Shown here piece after piece: positions 11,510 through 21,961 of a stretch of DNA of 64,000 nucleotides (the first letter of the stretch is position 1; each line of letters opens with the position of its first letter). Source of the stretch: an uncultured Nitrososphaeraceae archaeon (lineage in GTDB: Archaea; Thermoproteota; Nitrososphaeria; Nitrososphaerales; Nitrososphaeraceae); NCBI GenBank assembly GCA_963825865.1, contig CAWGVG010000014.1, forward strand, positions 128,001 through 192,000, read 5' to 3'. A program made the position numbers and the translations under genes. Below the pieces are notes generated by a model that saw only the letters and a program-made list of their open reading frames with translations, had not been told where the DNA came from and searched no databases.

Positions 11510-12154
11510 TTAAGTATGGCTCCTAGGCCGATCGTTTTGGGGATACGGGTATTCCATTTGCCTGGCCGTGGCCTGCCCAATCTCCTCCCCGAAAAAGTGG
11601 CTTACAATACGCAATGCTATGTCGATCCCAGCAGAAACACCTGCGGAGGTAAAGATCGGTTCCACCATAGTAAATAGAAGATCTTTACGTATTTTGGCCT
11701 TGGGTGCGGCCTCTCATAGGAAATCAAAGGCGCGCCAATGGGTAGTCGCTTCACGTCCATCCAACAATCCAGCTTTACCAAGGAGACTCGAACCGGTACA
11801 CACGGAGGCTGTCAACTTAGTCTTAGAGGCGGCTCGAGCCGCAATCCACTTCAAGAGAGTATCATTCTTTACTTCCTTACGCGTTCCCCAGCCACCGGGA
11901 ACCATCAGCAAATCAAGATCTGGACAGCTATCAAATGTCACGTCGGGTGTCAAGCGTAGGCCACCAATGGCCAGGACTTGACCGAGTTTTTCTGACACCA
12001 ATATCACTCTGAATGGTGATGGCTCTTCCCACCGGCGTTCTTCGTTCAAACAGGTTACGGAAAATACCTCAAAAGGTCCTGCAACGTCCAACACCTCAAC
12101 CGGATCAAAGATTAAAATTCCGACTATCAGCGGCAGATCGTTGTTAGGCTTCAA
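11510..12154 (-). pseudogene. DJ-1/PfpI family protein with one in-frame TGA (11714-11716)
   Basis: EVLDVAGPFEVF, VPGGWG, SVCTGS, ATTHW; reading through TGA gives TSAGVSAGID...MEYP to TAA at 11510. Confidence 0.85.
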
Positions 12155-12387
12155 GGCAAAAACGAGCCACTATCTGCAGTGATTTATCTCTTTATTTCCA
12201 AATCTACATTTAACATAACGGACTCATATAACAATCAAGCAAGAATAATACACCACATTGCCATGCTGCCAGAAAAATAGCCCTGATGGTGCTCCATTAT
12301 ATCACTAGTGATTTGAGCACAAAAATGTTGATAAAATAGCCGTCAGGGATGGAGGGTCGGGCTAATATACTGCTATTTCTAAGATCT

Positions 12388-12813
12388 TCAAGTATCTGAA
12401 GGCATTATTTTGTTAATTTGATTTACCAAATCTTCATTTTCAATCGGCTTTGCGAGAAAATGCTCTTTGTCTATTTTGTCTCCTTTACAAAATGATTCTT
12501 TTCGAATTCCCTCATAATACATCTCACTTGCTGTTAAAAAACATACTTTTACTTTATTGTCTATCTCTTTCATTTTTTGATATAAATGAAAGCCATCCAT
12601 TTCTGGCATTTTTATATCTAATAACACCAAGTCATACAAGCCAGCTTTAAAGCTCTTCAGTGCTATAGTAGGATCTTCAAACGAATTGGCTTCAAATCCG
12701 TTATCTTCCAAAACCATCTTTAGCACTGTACAAAGATCAGGTTCATCATCTACTATTAAGACTCTCTTCTTATTATTATAATTATTAATCTTATAATTTT
12801 TTATTCTAGTCAT
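12388..12813 (-). CDS. Response regulator receiver
   Basis: VLIVDDE, LLDIKMPEMDG, FLTA, KP. Confidence 0.93.
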   Translation of the reverse strand: MTRIKNYKINNYNNKKRVLIVDDEPDLCTVLKMVLEDNGFEANSFEDPTIALKSFKAGLYDLVLLDIKMPEMDGFHLYQKMKEIDNKVKVCFLTASEMYYEGIRKESFCKGDKIDKEHFLAKPIENEDLVNQINKIMPSDT

Positions 12814-12831
12814 GATTGATTTAGTACACCT

Positions 12832-13935
12832 TCACACTTGATTGTTATTGTGGGCGCTGTTTGTAATTGGCAAGGTAAAATAAAAAACAGATCCTTTCTT
12901 TACACCGTAAATATTATTTTCAGCCCATATCTTTCCACCATGGGCTTCTACAATATTTATAGAAATAAACAATCCTAATCCTGTTCCTTGAAAAGATTTA
13001 GTAGCAAACTTTGTAAATAGTTTAGGAAAAATTTCTGGATCTATTCCTTGACCTGTATCACTTACAGTAATAACAACAGCTTTTTGTATATCATCTTCTT
13101 CCTCATCCTTCTTTTGTACCTCTATAGATATTACCCCTCCCTCTTTCTTGGTGAATTTAATGGCATTATTTAATAGATTAGAAACAACCTGAGTAATTCT
13201 TTGCCTATCTGCGTCTACTATTATTACATCTTCATTGTTAATAGATTCAAACATTAATTTTATATTTATATTATCTTTTGTAATTTGATTATTAAATTGT
13301 CTCACTGTATTGGATATTACATCAATAACATTGAATTGTTCTTTATTTAATTTAAGTGAATGGCTCTCTATTTGTGTGATATCTAAAATATCTGATGAAA
13401 GACGTTTTAACCTTTCTGCACTCCTAGCAATCATATCTAATGAATTATCTAGCTCCTGTCCTTTGATGTTTTCCCTTTCGTGAACGAATAATTCCAACCG
13501 TACTAAGTATTGGTTGTATGGGAGTTCGCAGTTCATGAGCTGCTACATTAATAAACTCTTTCTGCATCTTGTCATGTACTTTAAGCTGTTCATTGGCTAA
13601 TTCAAGTTGCATGTTTGCTTCTTTTACTTGTTCATATAATTCAGCTTGTCTCCAAAGGCTCTCAAAAATAGAAACATAAGATAAAACTCCTGGTCTGCTA
13701 TTAGAATAGGTTGATAAACCTATTGCTTCGAAGAAAGTTGTTTTTGAATCATCCTTCAATTCCATCACTAAAGACGTTTTTCTATCTACTACTAAGATAG
13801 TAGCTTTAGTACCTGAAGATTCCTCAATATATCTAATGTCGATATTGCCACTATGATACTGATTCTTTCTCATTTTCAGCTGTTTTACTGAATGTTCAGT
13901 CACATTATGCGCAGGCATCAAAATTCTAACTACCA
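12832..13935 (-). CDS. Histidine kinase, frameshifted near 13490 and apparently N-terminally truncated
   Basis: AAHELRTPIQPIL, NLLNNAIKF, DTGQGI, GTGLGL across two ORFs. Confidence 0.85.
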
Positions 13936-14188
13936 ATGATAATTCCAAAATCCAACTTTTCCATAAACATTGTATATAAGCGGAGACCAAGATATTTGCA
14001 ATGAATCAAGAATCTGTGTTTGTGATTCTAAATAGTTTTCCTTATTTATTAGAATCTGAAATTGGTTCATACTTGAACGCTTGTTCGGGTAATCTGATAC
14101 AGAGAATAGGTCTCCAAACCAAAAGTTTATCAGACTAAAAACACTATACAACTCGTAAAAATTGCTTGATAATAAAAAAGGAGAGCAT

Positions 14189-14761
14189 GAAATGGTTTTA
14201 AATAAAAAAGTGGTATATGGCATAATAATAATTGTAGTTGTTGGATTTGCGGCTGTTTGGTTTGGTTTTAAGTTTGTTTTTGGTCTTTATAACCCGTTTT
14301 ATGTCGTTGCAAGTGGAAGCATGATACCAAATCTCAATGTTGGAGATTTGGTAATTGTCAGAAATAACACCATCAGTAGTAGTATAAATGACAATAACAA
14401 TAACAATAACAACCCCTATTCATTTAATAACCTAAAGGTCGGTGACATCATAATTTTCAAATCACCTGGCACAGATAATAATGGAGAACACCTAACCATT
14501 GTACATAGAATCGCAAAGATCGCAATAGATAAAAGAGATGGAGGTAGCAGAGTTATAAGAACAAAAGGTGATGCCAATCCCAGTTCAATTCCATTTCTTG
14601 ACTATCCTTTAAGAGAAGCAAATTACATTGGCAAAGTGGTATATGTTATTCCCAAAGTGGGATTGATAACTCAACTGATTAGACCACCGATAAACTACAT
14701 CATTATTGGATTTACAGTAATCGGCATGGTCTACTATCTCAGAAAAGCAACAAAAGGCTAA
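14189..14761 (+). CDS. Signal peptidase I (archaeal/SEC11 type)
   Basis: TM helix, VVASGSMIP, GD, IVHR, TKGDAN. Confidence 0.92.
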   Translation, partial: EMVLNKKVVYGIIIIVVVGFAAVWFGFKFVFGLYNPFYVVASGSMIPNLNVGDLVIVRNNTISSSINDNNNNNNNPYSFNNLKVGDIIIFKSPGTDNNGEHLTIVHRIAKIAIDKRDGGSRVIRTKGDANPSSIPFLDYPLREANYIGKVVYVIPKVGLITQLIRPPINYIIIGFTVIGMVYYLRKATKG

Positions 14762-15429
14762 AACGAAAAAGGTACTGCAGTAGAGGTTTGGACTTTAGTA
14801 GATGCTAAAAACAGAGTGGAAAAAGGAACGGCTATTGTTATTGATCAATTAAACGTAATACCAGATTATCGGCCATTGGTTTGACCTAAAATCTAACAAA
14901 ACCAGGATTATTTGCCTCAAGTAAATATGCAATAATTAGCTTGGACCAAGGTTCACATTTGGCTTTCCGAAATCATTCAGATGATGATTGTGAAAATGCT
15001 TTTGGGAAGTTACGAATCACAAATCTTTGGGTATGTGATAAATAATTAAAATGCTTACTAAAATAAATTGTCATAGTTCAGAATTTTTTAATCTGCTGTT
15101 CAACAATATTAAGGCTCAAAAGGAACGCTAGCGAAGATAGTATCTTCAAAGACCTAGCAGTTAATACAGCGGTGCGGTAGTACTTGTAGCTGAAGTACTA
15201 TACAAATACAAAGAAAGCTTTGCAGACAGAATAATAGACAATTACACGGAAATGATTGATGAGCTTTAAAATTCATTTTATAAAATGGACTATCACATAA
15301 TTAAAAAGGTTTTTTTAAAGTAAAGGAAATTGCCTAATATAAAGGGGTTACAAAAGATACATAACATCCTAGTGCATTATTGTATAAATTGTATGTCTTT
15401 GTTTACATAACAACAATAATAATAAGCAA

Positions 15430-15900
15430 AAGGATGGAATCAGACCCAAGTTTAACCCATTGTTATATCATTTCAATATATGGCTTGTAGATAAACGGGT
15501 CTATAAAACGGAAAAATAGGAGAATTAAATATGATCATCAACACAATACAACATCAATTTTTAATCGAAATTCTGCTGGTTTTGTGAAACCATATCCTAT
15601 TAATAGAGTAATAGTATTATAAATGTTACTAGTAATATATATCATACTTATTTTTCTTTAGCATGCAGAGACATCATTGGTTTAAAAACACATGATGCTT
15701 TGAATGCAATTAGCAGCTGGTTGGATAAATGTAGGCAATTAAAGCGAATAGGTTCAAACTGGCAATAACAAAATATATGTTAAAAGAGTTCAATTAGAAA
15801 TGGCCGTAGACCTCTAAAGTTTGATGCATTGAAGCTGAAAAATAAGGTACTATATGATTTGTTAAATGATAAAAAAATTGAAGTATTAAGAGTAAATAAG
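15430..15900 (+). pseudogene. Degraded PriX-like primase C-terminal domain remnant
   Basis: Manual translation gives DGIRPKFNPLLYHFNIWLVDKR and ALNAISSWLDKCRQLKR...SIRNGRRPLKFDALKLKNKVLYDLL, broken by stops; recognised by resemblance only. Confidence 0.55.
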
Positions 15901-16078
15901 TGAGCACAACAAGGATAAATTACAACCCAAACTGATGGCTCTTAAAAAAATAGATGATCTAAATTATGCAATCAGGAATGGCTCATACAAAGTTAATTAT
16001 ACTGAACTTGGTTCGGCTTGCTCATAGGCCTATCATAGACTTGGAATGTGTATAAACTACAGGCACACACTTTGTCCA

Positions 16079-17442
16079 TTATGTTTTAGTCGTATTAATT
16101 ATCCTATTATCTCTAAAGATATTATCCATTGATTTTGAATCATTATCAAACACTATTGCTCTAGCGGTGGTAGTATTGTTCAATACTATTGTATTTGAGT
16201 ATAATATATTTCCATGAGCACCTGTCTTGATACTTGTAGCATTTGTAGAATTGATAATAGAATTTCGATATACCTTATTAGCCGAGGAGGCATTTAGTAA
16301 AGTAATTCCAAGATTACTATTTGAGATAGAATTATTGTATATTTCATTATTATGTGATTGTGAAACAAGGATAGCTCTACTCTGGTCGTGCAAATGATTG
16401 TCCCTGGCAATAGAGTTAGTCATATTTCTGCTAAATGCTATCCCAGACCCTGTATTATTATAAACTACATTTTTCTCAATAAGTATATTGTAGCAATCCA
16501 ATGAACAGATTATAGCTGTACCATTGTTGCCATATACAGTATTATTTCTAATTACCATATCATGAGTTCCTGTATGCGGATCTATGCCATAATGACCCAT
16601 ATCGTGAACTTTATTGTTTTCAATGACCATGCCCCCTACACCAACTGAATAAAAGCCAAAATATAGGTGGTGTATATCATTATTCCTTATTACGCTACCA
16701 TGCCCAGCAAGATGATAATGAAGCCCAGATGTTCCTGAACCCCATCCTCCTTCATATCCTAAATATGCAATCTCTGAGTTTGTGATATTTGTAGTACCTG
16801 TTCCTAGTCTTTCTACTCTAATATATGGTCTAGGAGCTCCTACATGAACTATTTTTCCGGAACTTTCTCTTAATCCATGACTTTCAACATAATCATTTGT
16901 TTCTGGATTCCAGGAAGTTACTTTTACTGAATCTATCTTCATACTACCATAGACATGTATGCCATATGCAAGAGTGTTGCCATCTGAAATTATTTTTAGC
17001 CATTTGGTATCTTTGGAATCGATATTTAATGTAGATCCAGGTTGTATGGTCACATTTGCATTTAACAACCATACTCCATATTATTATTATTATTATCGGG
17101 ATCTTTGTACAAAGCCTTATTTTCAGCTCCTCCGAGCTGTTCATATATATCAGTTAGGCTTACAGGAGATTTGCATGACACCGTGATTGTGAGAGTTGCT
17201 GCATCATAGGCTATACACCCTGATTCCGGTAATCCATATGCTGTTTGTATTTGCTCATTTGATGGTATTGAAAAACTTGGAAAGGCAAATGTCGAAAGTA
17301 TCAGTACAATAGCAGTAGTAATACCTGCGTAGCGTACTATAATCGAATGTTTGGCAATATATGTGTAGTAAATTTTTTTTCTAATTCTATTCGTTCCCGT
17401 TTGAATATTGTTACTTGAAAGGCTATGATGGGGATGAAACAA
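16079..17442 (-). CDS. Secreted right-handed parallel beta-helix protein (NosD/AlgG-like), frameshift near 17065
   Basis: Signal/TM segment, repeated IxNN rungs, YGIDPHT motif. Confidence 0.8.
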
Positions 17443-17821
17443 GCTAACTTTGATAATTAGAAAATACAGACATTTACACTTTACTACATTTTTGAAGTTT
17501 TTACATAGTAGTCAAAACATATCAAATGAAGACAATATTCAAAGGATCAATAACTGAATTATGCGGCCACTTGATCTTTTGATTGCTCCTCCTTCCTTTT
17601 CCAAAGGTTTTGTTTTTTTTTGTCAAATCCTGGCGTTTTTTTGGCGCCATATTAGGGCTATTATTATTGTTAGCTTTTCATATGCTATATCATAGATAGA
17701 TGGATAATAAGTAACATATATGCTATCTAAAAATCAACTATGAGATGAAAAATGATGATGCGTTGCTTTTTAACATAATTTTTATAATTTATGAAGGAAT
17801 GAATAAGAACCAAAACTAAGA

Positions 17822-18130
17822 ATGATAGGGAATGCTCTGAGTAATAATGATAATGATATGACCGCTGATAACGATGATAATGAATTCACATATCTATTCA
17901 ATGGCCAAAGTATAGATGGCTGGCATATGGCAGGTCCAGGTAAATTCGTATTTCTTGAAGATGATAAATCATTACAATCAGAAGGACGAATGGGATTACT
18001 ATGGTATGCAAAAAAGAAATACAACGACTTTGTACTAAAGATTGATTGGAAAGTTAATCGTAGAAATGACAATTCCGGCGTATTTATCAGATTCTCAGAT
18101 CCAGATAATGATCCTTGGATTGCATTTTAG
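17822..18130 (+). pseudogene. DUF1080 (3-keto-disaccharide hydrolase-like) N-terminal fragment
   Basis: LFNGQSIDGW...DFVLKIDWK...NSGVFIR, then abrupt end. Confidence 0.75.
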
Positions 18131-18202
18131 AAAAAAATTTATACAAAAAATTGAATAATTGTCTTTAACCCTTCATCACTGGCGGCGCAATCACTACTAC
18201 TA

Positions 18203-18430
18203 CTAGTATGCGTGATATTCTTGCTTATGCTGCCTTAATTCTTTTGATGTCCAAAACAGATTATCACATTTTTCGCATTTCCAATGGTGTATGTTTGGCT
18301 GCTCATATGTACCAGCGTAAGTTTCTCTAGTGTTTTTATAGAATCCTGTTTTATTATTATAGTTAACGTAAGTATAGTTGAGTTTGTACTTATTAAAACC
18401 TCTACGCTCATCTTGTGATATTACTTTCAT
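18203..18430 (-). CDS. C2H2 zinc-finger microprotein
   Basis: CEKC-x12-HKQEYH. Confidence 0.7.
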   Translation of the reverse strand: MKVISQDERRGFNKYKLNYTYVNYNNKTGFYKNTRETYAGTYEQPNIHHWKCEKCDNLFWTSKELRQHKQEYHAY

Positions 18431-18435
18431 TTTGG

Positions 18436-18684
18436 CTACCTTTGTATAATATTATCACTATAGCAGATTTTATAATCATGAATGAAGCTTTGTTTTATAT
18501 CATCAGTAAGGTCCTCAAGTTTTTGACTATCTTTTGATTCACTTTTATTATCATTGCTACTGCTACTTTTTTCAATTCCAAGCGAATCTAGTTCATTTAT
18601 CCACCAACTAACCTTTTTAGACTGTTCATTATCATTGACACCGTTGGCGAGCTTTTTGTTATTTATCATTTTTTTCTCACTCAC
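18436..18684 (-). CDS. Hypothetical low-complexity protein
   Basis: Open frame, co-oriented with the zinc-finger gene. Confidence 0.35.
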   Translation of the reverse strand: MSEKKMINNKKLANGVNDNEQSKKVSWWINELDSLGIEKSSSSNDNKSESKDSQKLEDLTDDIKQSFIHDYKICYSDNIIQR

Positions 18685-19194
18685 TCTAATTATGGGGATG
18701 TGGATTGTCCTGCCGCTTGAATCTGGCTAGGATACCAGCCATTACTATCGTTAGAGTAGTTGGTATTACAAGTAATATTAGTATTATCAATTGTTGTTTG
18801 TTTGTTTTCATTTTCATTGCTATCATTTTTCTCCTTTTTGTCACTTAATCTAATAGAGATATACACTCCATCTAAATCCACTCTGCGCGGTAGCCAATTC
18901 TATAGCCATAAACAAAATTTATGTGAATGTCTAAAACCAAAATGGTCATTAAAGAACCCACCATTAAGGGAATTGGAACATGTAGCAGCGGCGTGACGTG
19001 CCACTTTGCTCTCTATATATATTATATATACACATCGTTGTACATAGGCATTCCGAAACAACAAACTGACTGTTGATACCATTATACTAACAATAGTTAT
19101 ACATTTTATTTATTATCATTAGTTGTGATGAATGATACCATCAATTGTTAGATGAATTAATTACACCCCATTAGATATATTCAATATTTAAGCG

Positions 19195-19289
19195 AAATAA
19201 ATAAGCACTAAATTATATTAAATAAATCAGCATTAACTTACTCAAGTCAAATATACAGATGACATCATACTGATAGTGACGAAATCTAC
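19195..19289 (+). promoter_or_regulatory. Conserved upstream element, cassette copy 1
   Basis: AAATAAATCAGCATTAACTTACTCAAGTCAAATATACAGATGACAT...GTGACGAAA is near-identical to 21318-21382. Confidence 0.7.
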
Positions 19290-19610
19290 ATGAACAACAC
19301 AACAACTCTAGCAATAGTTGCTATCTTAATCGCAGCAACACTAGTAGTAGGAGGAGTAACAACATTCGCAGCACCAACAACAACGCGAGCTGAAACTGAG
19401 TCAGAGAATAGCTCTACAATATGTATAAACGATCAACCATGCCAGAGTACAGTGTAGAATTCAAATACTACTGATTCACAAAACATAAATCACAATAGAA
19501 TCCATATGTCTATAACATGTGTAAACGATGAGCCATGCAAGACTAGCTGATAACAAAGATTAAAGAAAAAGACAATGGAAATGGTGACGGTAATAATAAT
19601 ACTACGGCCC
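19290..19610 (+). pseudogene. Secreted small-protein cassette copy 1 (mosaic, in-frame TAG at 19455)
   Basis: MNNTTTLAIVAILIAATLVVG signal; CINDQPC and CVNDEPC modules; downstream KEKDNGNGDGN resembles copy 2. Confidence 0.65.
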
Positions 19611-19795
19611 AGCGTCATCTGGACCATTGGAAAGTTATCGTCAAATACTAATCAATCACCAACAGGATAAACAAAAAATATATTCACCGCTTAAAAGTGG
19701 AGTAGATGCAGTAACATACATTATAATTATAGATCTGTTCATTTTAGCCAAGAATGTAGTTAAATATACGATCTGTGGCTATACTCCACTGCTTT

Positions 19796-19990
19796 TTAGG
19801 GAAAAGGTAGAATGAAAGGTGTTTTATCAGGTTGTATAGAATACTGAAGACCTTGATGCACGCAAGTTGGATCAATAATACTATCACATCTGTACTCAAA
19901 AGCACTTGCTTGTTGTTGCAAAAATACCATAGTAAAGGTTCCTCCTCCCATTAGTATTACTGTTGTTGCTGCTGCCAGGGATACTAGCAT
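19796..19990 (-). CDS. Small secreted protein with a Cys pair and C-terminal TPFILPFP
   Basis: Signal ending ASA|F, C-x6-C. Confidence 0.55.
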   Translation of the reverse strand: MLVSLAAATTVILMGGGTFTMVFLQQQASAFEYRCDSIIDPTCVHQGLQYSIQPDKTPFILPFP

Positions 19991-20288
19991 TATTATTGTG
20001 ATAATAATATGGTCCTCTCTAACATTATACCATTATTAGAATATATGGGATTAGGTAATTATGATTGTTTTTTCTTTACTAAGTTATTTCTAAAATATCT
20101 GCTATTATTATTATAAATGCGTGTGTATTTCACTTGAGATTTGCGATGAATATTATTATTATTTTCATGTTGAGTTTTCAATTTTAATAATATATTATTT
20201 TCTTATTGTAACCTTTTCAAAACATTGTATTACTATTAATAGATATATAAATAAGTTCTAATCGTTTAGTAACGTTAATAATTATACC

Positions 20289-20420
20289 AAATAAGTCTGC
20301 AACAAATTAGAATAAATAAATCATAATTACATTATACTAAATAAGTCAGTAATAACAAACAGTAGTAACTACCTCAAGTCAAATATATAGACGACATTGT
20401 ACTGATTGATGACGAATATT
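20289..20420 (+). promoter_or_regulatory. Conserved upstream element, cassette copy 2
   Basis: AAATAAGTCTGC / AAATAAGTCAGT boxes plus CTCAAGTCAAATATATAGACGACATTGTA...TGACGAA. Confidence 0.65.
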
Positions 20421-20693
20421 ATGACCAACACAAGAACTCTAGCAATAGTTGCTGTCTTAACAGCGGCAACATTAGTAGTAGGAGTAACGTTCGCAGCAAC
20501 ATCAGCACACTCTGCATTTGCTTACAAGAAAAGAGGAGACAAGGAAAGAGATAATGGTGACGGTAACACAATTACCGCGCAGATAAATGCACAAAAAGGG
20601 TATGTAAGTGGGTATGATAACTCACTAGAACAAGAAGCATCAAATGTTATCTGCACTCATCCGCATGACGAGTGTGTAAGTGAAGGCGACTAG
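20421..20693 (+). CDS. Secreted small-protein cassette copy 2 (intact)
   Basis: TLAIVAVLTAATLVVG signal, AFA|Y cleavage, C-terminal SGYDNSLEQEASNVICTHPHDECVSEG. Confidence 0.8.
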   Translation: MTNTRTLAIVAVLTAATLVVGVTFAATSAHSAFAYKKRGDKERDNGDGNTITAQINAQKGYVSGYDNSLEQEASNVICTHPHDECVSEGD

Positions 20694-20722
20694 AATAGCA
20701 GCTGTAGTTGCTACTACGTGGT

Positions 20723-20767
20723 AAGGTAGTTCTTTATTACTACTACCATAGCCTTTTTTCTTTTTTT
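20723..20767 (+). terminator. Hairpin + oligo-T element, copy 2
   Basis: AAGGTAGT-loop-ACTACC...CCTTTTTTCTTTTTTT, shared with copy 3. Confidence 0.6.
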
Positions 20768-20827
20768 GTTTCTACACAAAATAAAAACTTTCTGCAAATA
20801 GCCTTTTGTTGTATTTGACTTAACACA

Positions 20828-21028
20828 CTATCTGTTTTTACTGCTACTACTAGCAATGTATCCTTCAATCGCCCTCCGAATATACCTACTCCTAGGAATA
20901 TCTCCACTCTTATTATCGATTTTCTGTATTATTGATTTAGGTAAAGTGATTCCTAATTTTACAGTCATATCCATTGTAGCAGTGGCGATAGTACTACTTG
21001 TCATACTAGTATAATGTACTACACACAT
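20828..21028 (-). CDS. Ribbon-helix-helix (CopG-like) DNA-binding protein
   Basis: KLGITLPKSIIQKID...PRSRYIRRAIE. Confidence 0.75.
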   Translation of the reverse strand: MCVVHYTSMTSSTIATATMDMTVKLGITLPKSIIQKIDNKSGDIPRSRYIRRAIEGYIASSSSKNR

Positions 21029-21292
21029 AGCTAAAAGGTTTTTGATAGCAGATTGTTTAAGATTATTATGGTATTATATTGTGTATATTGATTAACTTTT
21101 TTTTGTATGCAGTAGAACAATATATCTATTAAATTAAAACGCACAATTGCTTCAGAATTACACATGAATACAATTATTTTCTAAAATTACAATCTTTATA
21201 CTCTATTACATAGTAGTAACAGATTGCCATAAAACACCAATAATAGCTAAATGAATAACTACACTTGATTTTATAACCTGAATAGTTATACG

Positions 21293-21386
21293 AAATAAGT
21301 CAGCATTATATCATATTAAATAAATCAGCATTAACTTACTCAAGTAAAATATACAGATGACATTGTAATGCTTGTGACGAAAATTT
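21293..21386 (+). promoter_or_regulatory. Conserved upstream element, cassette copy 3
   Basis: Two AAATAARTCAGCATTA boxes 25 bp apart, then CTCAAGTAAAATATACAGATGACAT. Confidence 0.7.
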
Positions 21387-21825
21387 ATGAACAACACAAA
21401 ATCACTAGCAATAGTTGCTGTCTTAACGGCAGCAACATTAGTAGTAGGACTAACAGTCGCAGCAACGGCAACACCATCGGCATTTGCTGGTGGGAATAAA
21501 GAAAGACAGGACAAATACATGAAAGGCGAACAAGATGGTTACAAGAAAGTAAAACAAGACTCCTATAAGAAAAATACCTACAAGAAAGGAAAACAAACTA
21601 ATGGAAATGATGGCGCTAAGGCGAGTGGTAATACACTTACCGTCCAGGCAGCCAAACAACACGGCATAGTGAGTGGATTTGATAACACACTAGAACAAGA
21701 AGCTCAAAACGTGATATGTACCTCATCCAAGCTCAACCTGTGTAAGTGAAGGCAGCGAAACTAACGCGACTGACACAACTGACAACAACAATGGTGACGC
21801 AGCGGCGACGGCCCGGGCCACTGAC
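21387..21825 (+). CDS. Secreted small-protein cassette copy 3 (1-bp insertion near 21721; 3' end uncertain)
   Basis: Same signal peptide; SGFDNTLEQEAQNVIC; removing one C restores THPSSTCVSEG. Confidence 0.78.
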
Positions 21826-21873
21826 AAGGTAGTTCTTTTACAACTACTACCGCAACCTTTTTTTCTTTTTTTC
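21826..21873 (+). terminator. Hairpin + oligo-T element, copy 3
   Basis: AAGGTAGTTCTTTTACAACTACTACCGCAACCTTTTTTTCTTTTTTT. Confidence 0.6.
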
Positions 21874-21961
21874 TAATATCATAATTAAATAATTATCCTT
21901 GATCACATGGTCATAGGTGCATGACACTATATGTTACCAGTTATTAATAACATAAATACTA

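Noticed and set aside
11714-11716. Selenocysteine recoding of the TGA in the DJ-1 gene
   Set aside because: Not the catalytic Cys position (SVCTG is intact) and no Sec machinery or SECIS is recognisable; nonsense mutation or error is simpler
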